A DNA stretch of 64,000 nucleotides from a virus. Position numbers and translations under genes: made by a program. Where the stretch lies: the IMG/VR virus record IMGVR_UViG_3300045988_119437, positions 72,768-136,767 of that record, one strand, 5' to 3'. Positions 18,921 through 25,889 of the stretch are shown piece after piece (the stretch's first letter is position 1; every line of letters starts with the position of its first letter). A model generated the notes under the pieces. The model saw only the letters and a list, made by a program, of their open reading frames with translations. It was not told the origin of the DNA and made no database searches.

Positions 18921-18944
18921 GGGGGCTTCGGCCCCTTGATTTTA
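18921..18944 (+). terminator. rho-independent terminator
   Basis: GGGGC-TTCG-GCCCC hairpin followed by TTGATTTTAAC. Confidence 0.6.
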
Positions 18945-18952
18945 ACATCATA

Positions 18953-18972
18953 ACTATATGACACAGGATACT
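18953..18972 (+). promoter_or_regulatory. conserved motif copy (AACTATATGACACAGGATAC)
   Basis: Reverse-orientation copy of GTATCCTGTRTWATATAG, about 80 nt upstream of gene 19050. Confidence 0.45.
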
Positions 18973-19049
18973 AAACTAAAATAGACATTTTATGAAGAAT
19001 TGGAAATAAATAAATAGCGATAATACGTTGATAAAAAGGAGAGAAAACG

Positions 19050-20276
19050 ATGAGAACTTTGCTTCTTTTCCGTGGAGCACCAGGATGCGGGAAGTCCACC
19101 TATATTAAAGAGCATGATCTGGAAAAGTATACGCTTAGTGCCGATACGATTCGCCTTATGTGTCAGGGTGGTCAGGAAACCCCGGCTGGCACAATGGAAA
19201 TCTCTCCCCAGAACGATGATGTTGTCTGGGATATGCTCTTTAAACTGTTGGAGGTTCGGATGTCTCACGGTGAATTTACCGTGATTGATGCAACGAACTC
19301 TAAAACTGTTGAAATCAATCGCTATAAGAATCTTGCAAAGCAGTACAGATACAGAATGTACATCATCGACATGACTGATTTGCCGATTGATGAGTGTAAA
19401 CGGCGTAATGCGCTTCGTGCTCCTCTGAAGCGAGTTCCAGATGCTGCTATTGATAAGATGTATGCGCGATTTGCTACACAGAAGATTCCGTCTGGTGTGA
19501 CTGTACTTTCGTCAGATATAAATGTCCTTGAGAAATTGAACTATGTTCCGCAGGACTTTAGCAACTGGAACAAAATTCATATCATCGGTGATGTACATGG
19601 ATGTTACAGTTGCTTGAAAGAGTACCTTGGTGACCTGAAGGATGATGAACTGTACATTTTTGTTGGTGATTATCTGGATCGCGGTATTGAGAATGTAGAG
19701 ATGTTCAAGTTCCTTTGTGATGTTGTAGACAATAATCGGAAGAATGTAATTCTCCTTGAAGGAAATCACGAACGGTGGCTGAACAAGTGGGGCCATGATG
19801 AACCGGTTCAGAGCGAGGAGTTCGCAAACTACACTCGTCCGCAGCTTTTCAAAGCAGGGATTGACCATAATACGGCTCGTAAGGTTTATTCGAGAGTAGG
19901 ACAGTGCTCCTATTTTGATTACGACGAGAAAAGATACTTCGTTAGCCATGGTGGTTTGAGTTATTTGCCTGAATTTCTACCATTCGTGTCTACTGACCAG
20001 ATGGTAAAGGGTGTTGGTCGCTATCCTGATATGCTAACCGTGGCTGAGTCTTGGGAAAAATCGATGCCGGATAGCTACATTCAGATATTCGGTCATCGAA
20101 ATGTGCAGGATGTTCCTATTGATATGGGGCATCGGTGCTACAACCTCGAAGGAAAAATCGAGTTTGGTGGATATCTCCGTTGCGTGGAACTTGAACACGG
20201 TCAGTCAATCAAATGTGTAGAAACAAAGAATGATGTGTTCCGAAAAGAGGAGTCAAAGACTGAAACTACCGTTTAA
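19050..20276 (+). CDS. polynucleotide kinase-phosphatase (Pnkp-like: P-loop kinase + calcineurin-type phosphoesterase)
   Basis: N-terminal FRGAPGCGKST Walker A; C-terminal GDVHGC, GDYLDRG, GNHE metallophosphoesterase motifs. Confidence 0.7.
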   Translation: MRTLLLFRGAPGCGKSTYIKEHDLEKYTLSADTIRLMCQGGQETPAGTMEISPQNDDVVWDMLFKLLEVRMSHGEFTVIDATNSKTVEINRYKNLAKQYRYRMYIIDMTDLPIDECKRRNALRAPLKRVPDAAIDKMYARFATQKIPSGVTVLSSDINVLEKLNYVPQDFSNWNKIHIIGDVHGCYSCLKEYLGDLKDDELYIFVGDYLDRGIENVEMFKFLCDVVDNNRKNVILLEGNHERWLNKWGHDEPVQSEEFANYTRPQLFKAGIDHNTARKVYSRVGQCSYFDYDEKRYFVSHGGLSYLPEFLPFVSTDQMVKGVGRYPDMLTVAESWEKSMPDSYIQIFGHRNVQDVPIDMGHRCYNLEGKIEFGGYLRCVELEHGQSIKCVETKNDVFRKEESKTETTV

Positions 20277-21260
20277 ATGAAAACTGAGTTCGATAACGCA
20301 GAACTTGTCAGTAAGATGCGTCAAAGCAAATATGTGTTTGAGAAGCGATTCGGAGATATTTCTTCTTTCAACTTCTCTCGTGAAGCATTTTATAAGAAGC
20401 ACTGGGATGAGGTTTCTACCAAAGCAAGGGGATTGTTCATTAACACAAAGACGAATAAGATTGTAGCTCGAAGCTATGATAAGTTCTTTGCGGTCGATGA
20501 GCGGAATGAAACGAGAATTGGAAACCTACAGAACACTTTGAAGTTCCCGGTGACTGCATATCTGAAGGAAAACGGATTTCTTGGCATTGTCTCGTATGAT
20601 GCAGAACAGGATGGTCTGTTCATTGCAAGTAAATCCACTCCTGAAGGGCCTTTTGCAGATATGTTCCGAAAGATTCTCATGGATACGACTTCTGATGAAG
20701 ACCGTAAGAATCTGAAGGAAGTTGCAAAAGAGAATGGTTCCATCATTTTTGAGGTGATTGATCCTGTAAATGATGCTCATATCATCGAATACAAGAAACC
20801 GCACATTGTTTTGCTGGATATTGTTGCGAATGATATGAACTTCAGTGTGATGGATTACGATGATCTGAAGCGTGCTGCTGAAAAGTGTCATTTGCAGATT
20901 AAGGAGAAGGTTAAAATCTTTGAGAGCTGGAGTGAATTCTATCCTTGGTACGAGGGAGTCATGAACGAGAACTATCTGCATCATGGCTTTGAACATATTG
21001 AAGGGTTTGTCCTTCTGGATAGCACGAACTTTATGTTCAAGCTGAAGCTTCCTTACTACAAACACTGGAAGTTTTTGCGTAGTGTTATGCAGAGCGTTCA
21101 AAAGCGTGGCTATTATGAAAATACCGCAAAGTTGTTTACTGCTGAGGATAACCTGTTCTATGGTTGGATGCGTGAGCAACGAGAGAAAGACCAGGAATCT
21201 TTTTGCAAGAAGGGTATTATTCAGTTACGGAATGAATTCTATGAGAATCGGCACGAATAA
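20277..21260 (+). CDS. ligase-like nucleotidyltransferase (putative RNA ligase partner of Pnkp)
   Basis: Start abuts the Pnkp stop (TAAATG); candidate motifs I KENG, IV EGFVLLD, V FKLKL. Confidence 0.45.
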   Translation: MKTEFDNAELVSKMRQSKYVFEKRFGDISSFNFSREAFYKKHWDEVSTKARGLFINTKTNKIVARSYDKFFAVDERNETRIGNLQNTLKFPVTAYLKENGFLGIVSYDAEQDGLFIASKSTPEGPFADMFRKILMDTTSDEDRKNLKEVAKENGSIIFEVIDPVNDAHIIEYKKPHIVLLDIVANDMNFSVMDYDDLKRAAEKCHLQIKEKVKIFESWSEFYPWYEGVMNENYLHHGFEHIEGFVLLDSTNFMFKLKLPYYKHWKFLRSVMQSVQKRGYYENTAKLFTAEDNLFYGWMREQREKDQESFCKKGIIQLRNEFYENRHE

Positions 21261-21329
21261 CTAAGATATTTTCTTCCTCCGAAAATGCCCTGCGCGGGGC
21301 TGACAGCCGGGAAAGACCGGCAATTATAT

Positions 21330-21419
21330 GCCCAAGTGATGGAATGAGGTAGACATGAAGCTCCCAAACAGCTTTGCGTGAGATATCGCGTGCGGTTTCG
21401 AATACCGCCTTGGGCACCA
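21330..21419 (+). tRNA. tRNA-Leu(CAA), type II, CCA encoded
   Basis: Acceptor GCCCAAG/CTTGGGC, anticodon stem AAGCT/AGCTT, loop CCCAAAC, variable arm, T arm GCGGT-TTCGAAT-ACCGC; C33 unusual. Confidence 0.65.
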
Positions 21420-21459
21420 GAGTCCGAATATTCACCTATTAAATACTGGAGGCAAGTTC

Positions 21460-22356
21460 ATGAAAAGAATTGAAAAATTTTCAAAAGAAGAGATCGAGCA
21501 GATTTTTAAAGAGAGCAACAACTGGGCTACTGTGGCTGAGAAACTTGGTTACAGCAAATTCGGAGGAAGCTCTAGGGATGTAATCCAAACATATGCAGAC
21601 GAAAATAATATTGACACTTCTCATTTTACGGGACAAGGTTAGAATAAAGGTAATATTGATTTGACAAGATTTAAACAGGGCGTTCCATTCAAAGGGTTAA
21701 GAGAATCGCTCTTACTCATAAGAGAACATAAATGTGAATGCTGTGGAAACAAGGAATAGATGGGAAAGGAAATTTCGTTAGAAGTTCATCATATTGATGG
21801 AGATAGGCTGAATAATGAGTTATCAAATCTCAAGCTACTGTGTCCTAATTGTCATTCACAAACAGAAAATTATTGCGGGAGAAATATTAAGAGACATAGA
21901 GCTGTATCCGATGAAGAGTTTGTAAAGGCGCTTAAAACATCGAAGTCTATTGGTGAGGCGTTAGGAAAAGTGGGAATAAATTACATAGCTAAAAGCTGGT
22001 ATGAAAAAGCACGAGAACTTATGCTTGAAAATGAAATCAAGTTCCCGAAGAAAGAAACAATACAAAAAGGAAAGAACGAACGCAAAAAGCGCGAGACAAA
22101 ATCTTGCGCAAAATGTGGGAAAGAATTGAGTCCAAGAACAAAAGGGACACTATGCAAAGAATGTCTTTATAGTCTTCCATACAGAAGATCTAAAGGGTTG
22201 CCAGAAAGAAGTCAGCTTGAAAAAGATATCCGTGTTATGTCATTTTCTAAAGTTGGAGAAAAGTATGGTGTAACAGGAACTTCTATTCGTAAGTGGTGTA
22301 AATACTATGGACTGCCTTATAGAAGATCCGATATAAACAATACTAGCAAAGAATAA
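21460..22356 (+). CDS. HNH homing endonuclease with NUMOD-like repeats, interrupted by two in-frame TAG codons (21640, 21757)
   Basis: Single frame reads ...HFTGQG-TAG-NKGN...HKCECCGNKE-TAG-MGKEISLEVHHIDGD...NLKLLCPNCHS; HNH motif spans the second TAG. Confidence 0.6.
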
Positions 22357-22398
22357 TTTCAAAAGAATGAAGCTGTATTTTATACAGCTTCTGTATAT

Positions 22399-22486
22399 GC
22401 CGCAGTGATGGAGTGACATACATTTCCCGCTTAAACCGGGACGCCTGAAACACGGATCGTGGGTTTGAATCCCACCTGCGGCACCA
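22399..22486 (+). tRNA. tRNA-Leu(TAA), type II, CCA encoded
   Basis: Acceptor GCCGCAG/CTGCGGC, anticodon stem TCCCG/CGGGA, loop CTTAAAC, T arm GTGGG-TTTGAAT-CCCAC. Confidence 0.65.
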
Positions 22487-22489
22487 TAT

Positions 22490-22563
22490 CCAGAATGTAG
22501 TGTAATGGCAGCACGCTGCGTTTGGGACGCAGAAGAGCGATTCGAATTCGACATTTTGGACCA
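22490..22563 (+). tRNA. tRNA-Pro(TGG)-like; weak T stem, possible pseudo-tRNA
   Basis: Acceptor CCAGAAT/ATTTTGG, anticodon stem CTGCG/CGCAG, loop TTTGGGA, T loop TTCGAAT; only 3 bp of T stem pair. Confidence 0.3.
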
Positions 22564-22564
22564 G

Positions 22565-22585
22565 TGGAGTATTCCACTTGCTTTT
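22565..22585 (+). terminator. possible terminator hairpin
   Basis: GTGGA-GTAT-TCCAC followed by TTGCTTTT. Confidence 0.35.
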
Positions 22586-22659
22586 CATGAATACCTTCCT
22601 ATTATTCTTGGCTCTCCAAAAAAAACGGAGCAGTAGGACGCAGCAAGCCAAGTTACATA

Positions 22660-22749
22660 ATGAGGGTTCGCCAAGTGGTAAATGGCATCTGGCTTTGACC
22701 CAGACAGCGTGCTTTATAGCCGATCGTCGGTTCGATCCCGACACCCTCA
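22660..22749 (+). tRNA. tRNA-Gln(TTG)-like with an enlarged 21-nt variable region
   Basis: U1-A72 acceptor TGAGGGT/ACCCTCA, D arm TCGCCAAGTGGTAAATGGCA, anticodon loop CTTTGAC, T arm GTCGG-TTCGATC-CCGAC. Confidence 0.4.
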
Positions 22750-22754
22750 ATTTA

Positions 22755-22844
22755 TGGACACGTGATGGAATCGCAGACATGAAAGATTTAGGCTCTTTTG
22801 CCGTTAACAACGGTGTGCCCGTTCAAATCGGGTCGTGTCCACCA
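22755..22844 (+). tRNA. tRNA-Leu(TAG), type II, CCA encoded
   Basis: Acceptor GGACACG/CGTGTCC, anticodon stem AAAGA/TCTTT, loop TTTAGGC, variable hairpin CCGTT-AAC-AACGG, T arm CCCG-TTCAAAT-CGGG. Confidence 0.65.
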
Positions 22845-22947
22845 TTATCAACTTATGGTTGCGTACCGTTTGTTGATCTCCTTTGACCACTATTATTCCC
22901 AGCTCGCCAGTGATGGTGCAGTAGTGTTTTGTAAGCTGGGTTTTCAT

Positions 22948-23022
22948 GCGGCGGTCGTACAACGGCTAGTACATCAGCCTTCCAAGCTGAGGATGAGGTT
23001 TCGACTACCTTTCGCTGCTCCA
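22948..23022 (+). tRNA. tRNA-Gly(TCC), CCA encoded
   Basis: Acceptor GCGGCGG/TCGCTGC (two G-U pairs), D stem GTAC/GTAC, anticodon stem TCAGC/GCTGA, loop CTTCCAA, T arm GAGGT-TTCGACT-ACCTT. Confidence 0.65.
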
Positions 23023-23174
23023 ATCTCGTATGGGTAGGATCTTTGGCGGTCAGATCTGGCCGCGCCTGTGCGAGATACCACCCCGAAAGGGGCGAGATAT
23101 AGGAAATGTGCATCGCTGTTATTCCTTCCTCGTCTATATGATATAGATGCAATAGTGTTTTATAAGGAAGGTGC

Positions 23175-23210
23175 CCAGTTGAATAGTTGCAGCTATTTAA
23201 CTGGTTTTTA
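23175..23210 (+). terminator. rho-independent terminator-like hairpin ahead of tRNA-Met
   Basis: CCAGTT...AACTGG stem followed by TTTTTA. Confidence 0.45.
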
Positions 23211-23211
23211 T

Positions 23212-23292
23212 GGGACATTATCTCAATTGGTTAGAGAACTCAGCTCATAACTGAGCATATGTATCACGGTTCAAGTCCGACATGTCCCACCA
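23212..23292 (+). tRNA. tRNA-Met/Ile2(CAT)-like, CCA encoded
   Basis: Acceptor GGGACAT/ATGTCCC, D stem TCTC/GAGA, anticodon stem CTCAG/CTGAG, loop CTCATAA; T stem only 3 bp. Confidence 0.5.
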
Positions 23293-23396
23293 GCCCGAAA
23301 GGGCGTACATAAAACCCGCTAGAACTTTTGTTTTATAAGCGAATGAATAATATGACGTTGATACGTCTATTATTTTTCGCTCATTTTTAAAGTTTT

Positions 23397-23416
23397 AGCT
23401 ATATAATACAGGATAC
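23397..23416 (+). promoter_or_regulatory. conserved motif copy (AGCTATATAATACAGGATAC) immediately upstream of the MTase RBS
   Basis: Near-exact reverse complement of the 17455 and 42182 motif; contains a TATAAT box. Confidence 0.5.
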
Positions 23417-23419
23417 TAA

Positions 23420-25003
23420 AAGGAGGAATGGGAACTGAAACATTACGGAGATATCACACAACTCCATGGTGACCAGATTGAACCTGTTGATTGTATCACT
23501 GGAGGTTCGCCCTGCCAAGACCTTTCAATTGCCGGTAAAAGAGCCGGTCTCGCAGGCGGTCGATCTGGTCTGTTTATGGAAATGATTCGTGTGATTCGAG
23601 AGATGAGGGAGGCAACGAATGGAGAATACCCAAAGTTCGTTATCTGGGAGAATGTTAGAGGAGCATTTAGCTCAAACAAAGGAGAAGACTTCCGATGTGT
23701 TTTGGAAGAATTTTCTCACCTTGCAGAGCCAGAAGTTTCAATTCCTCGACCTTCTGGAAAAGACGGAAAATGGTCAAAATCTGGCGCAATTTCCGGTAAT
23801 GGATGGTCTATCGCATGGCGATTGTTCGATGCTCAATACTGGGGAGTGCCCCAGCGTCGCCAAAGAATCGCGCTTGTCATGGATCTTGGAGGACAACGTG
23901 CCGCAGAAATATTATTTGAGCGCACGGGCGTGTCAGGGAATCCTGAACAGAGCATCCCGGCGTGGAAAGCCATTGCCAGATCTCCTGAAAAATGCACTTC
24001 TGGAAATGATCGAATGGTGGGAGAAGATTCCTTCTGCATCGCAGGACACGTTGCAGACCGAGATGTGAGTCAAAATGGTTTAGGTGTCACAAAGGATAAA
24101 TCATATACGCTCGATACCGTTGACAAACATTGTGTCGCCTACACTTTAAAGATTCGTTCCGGTTGCGAGGGTGGTGGAAAGGGTGCTCTGGTACAGACCG
24201 AAAAGAGCGCAACGCTATCCACACTACAGGATCAAACACTAATTTGTTTGGCAGAAAACACCTCTTTACATAATTTAAAACAAAAGATTTCCTCGGCGGT
24301 ATTCGAGAGTCACAGTCAAGACGCTCGATATACCCAGCAAGGAAATACAAGCCCGTCTTGTACAGCCCAGTGGGGAACTGGTGGTAATAATATGCCACTG
24401 GTCGCTGAAAAGAAAGCTTTTGCGATGCAGCGTATTGGAGAGTATAAGGAAAGTGAACAAGCAAGTGCAATGAAATCTCGTGATTACAAAGATGCAACTG
24501 ATCTTGTGATTGAGAAAAAAGACGTAAATTGTGCTGGGTTTCCTCTTGGTTTTAGACCGGAAAACACTCGTTGTTATGATGAATGTGCGACTACACTTTG
24601 TAATGGCACAAGACCAGGATGGACAACCGGGTGTGTTCTCAATTGGATTGTTCGTCGTTTGACTCCTGTTGAATGCGAACGGCTACAGGGTTTCCCTGAC
24701 GGATGGACTGATATTGGGGAATGGACTGATGAGAATGGGAAGAAGCATAAACCCGCTGATTCTCCTCGGTATAAGGCTCTCGGTAATTCGATTGCACTTC
24801 CTCAGTGGTTCTGGATTGCACAGAAAATGAAACCCTATCTTGGCGACGGTGCTACGCTTGGCAGTTTGTTTGATGGAATCTCCGGGTTCCCTTTGGTATG
24901 GACTGAGAGTTATGGCGAAGATACAGCACGTTGGAGCTCTGAGGTTGAACCCTATTGCATTGCTGTGGCAAAATATCATTTCCCAGAAAAAGAAATCTCA
25001 TAA
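23420..25003 (+). CDS. DNA (cytosine-5)-methyltransferase with rearranged motif order (IV-VI-VIII-TRD-IX-X then I)
   Basis: PCQDLS (IV), ENV (VI), QRRQR (VIII), GNSIALP (X); MKPYLGDGATLGSLFDGISGF...YHFPEKEIS at the C-terminus looks like a canonical N-terminus with motif I; no in-frame ATG before 23576. Confidence 0.65.
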   Translation, partial: KEEWELKHYGDITQLHGDQIEPVDCITGGSPCQDLSIAGKRAGLAGGRSGLFMEMIRVIREMREATNGEYPKFVIWENVRGAFSSNKGEDFRCVLEEFSHLAEPEVSIPRPSGKDGKWSKSGAISGNGWSIAWRLFDAQYWGVPQRRQRIALVMDLGGQRAAEILFERTGVSGNPEQSIPAWKAIARSPEKCTSGNDRMVGEDSFCIAGHVADRDVSQNGLGVTKDKSYTLDTVDKHCVAYTLKIRSGCEGGGKGALVQTEKSATLSTLQDQTLICLAENTSLHNLKQKISSAVFESHSQDARYTQQGNTSPSCTAQWGTGGNNMPLVAEKKAFAMQRIGEYKESEQASAMKSRDYKDATDLVIEKKDVNCAGFPLGFRPENTRCYDECATTLCNGTRPGWTTGCVLNWIVRRLTPVECERLQGFPDGWTDIGEWTDENGKKHKPADSPRYKALGNSIALPQWFWIAQKMKPYLGDGATLGSLFDGISGFPLVWTESYGEDTARWSSEVEPYCIAVAKYHFPEKEIS

Positions 25004-25031
25004 AAGGCTAATTCAAGTAAGAGGTGACACA

Positions 25032-25238
25032 ATGAACAGAAAAATTCCTATCAATGTAACCATTGCTTCCGGTTCCTTGAGCCTTCCGGCGAGTCCAATT
25101 TTCCAGAAGGAAAAGAACACATATCTCTGTCCGTTTTGTGTGACGAAGCTGGAAAAGCTTGAGCTGAAGTGCCCAGAGTGTCATCACAAGATGGATTGGA
25201 GTAGGTTTACTGAAAAGAAGGAGGAGATGTTTAGTTGA
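25032..25238 (+). CDS. zinc-ribbon small protein
   Basis: CPFC...CPEC motifs; AAGAGGTGACACA RBS. Confidence 0.5.
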   Translation: MNRKIPINVTIASGSLSLPASPIFQKEKNTYLCPFCVTKLEKLELKCPECHHKMDWSRFTEKKEEMFS

Positions 25239-25513
25239 ATATAGATTTCTTCCAACGGCGTAAGACTCAGCTTGAGGATACACTTCTTTTGAAAAATCAG
25301 GCAGTCGATATGCTTGATTATCTAAAGACGCACCGTATCAACAACGACCAGTATTGTGCCATTCGAGATTACATTGAAGAAGCTGCGAAGATTCTGGAGA
25401 GTGACCTCGAATATGTAAACAACAAATTGCAGTCCGCATTCAGACCTAAGTATGGTCGGAACAACAGACTGACTCGTGCTCAATCTAAAATGTTCCGTGA
25501 TAGAGAATATTAA
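25235..25513 (+). CDS. hypothetical protein
   Basis: Start codon overlaps the previous gene stop. Confidence 0.5.
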   Translation: MNIDFFQRRKTQLEDTLLLKNQAVDMLDYLKTHRINNDQYCAIRDYIEEAAKILESDLEYVNNKLQSAFRPKYGRNNRLTRAQSKMFRDREY

Positions 25514-25530
25514 AAATGGGGTGATGCCGT

Positions 25531-25743
25531 ATGAACACATGTAAAAAAATATGTAACTGGTGTGGTCGTGAAATCAAGCCGATAGGTAGCGAGCAGGGAA
25601 TCAGTTTTGAGCATCAATACTCTTATGGTAGCCAACTTGATGGTTTGTTTTTGAGTTTTAATTTATGTCCTGAGTGTTCAGAACGGTTTCCAGTAGTGCT
25701 CGGCGCAATGTTTGTACATAATCCTTTAAAGGACGATTTTTAA
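25531..25743 (+). CDS. zinc-ribbon small protein
   Basis: CNWCGRE...CPECSE motifs. Confidence 0.5.
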   Translation: MNTCKKICNWCGREIKPIGSEQGISFEHQYSYGSQLDGLFLSFNLCPECSERFPVVLGAMFVHNPLKDDF

Positions 25744-25889
25744 CGGCGAATGCCGTATAAAATATAAGCCATCAATAAGCCAAACGGAGGAGAATACATA
25801 AAATGAATAGTGCATGAATTGATTCAAGACAACAAAAAAGAAATATAAGTGATTATCAATGAAACAAAATTACATAAAGGAGACTTGAT

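Noticed and set aside
22343-22886. ORFs 22343-22810 (-) and 22578-22886 (+) in the tRNA island
   Set aside because: They overlap several tRNA genes and terminator hairpins; there is no RBS, and their extent is set by tRNA sequences.
23024-23080. Possible eighth tRNA ending in ACCA
   Set aside because: Only 53 nt between the acceptor-like arms and it cannot be folded into a cloverleaf; kept only as a tRNA-like minihelix in the findings.
23428-23475. ATG 23428 as a simple start of the C5-MTase
   Set aside because: It is one base out of frame with the MTase and terminates after 15 codons; the frame could be fixed by a homopolymer correction. Either way the protein still begins after motif I, so the permutation call stands.
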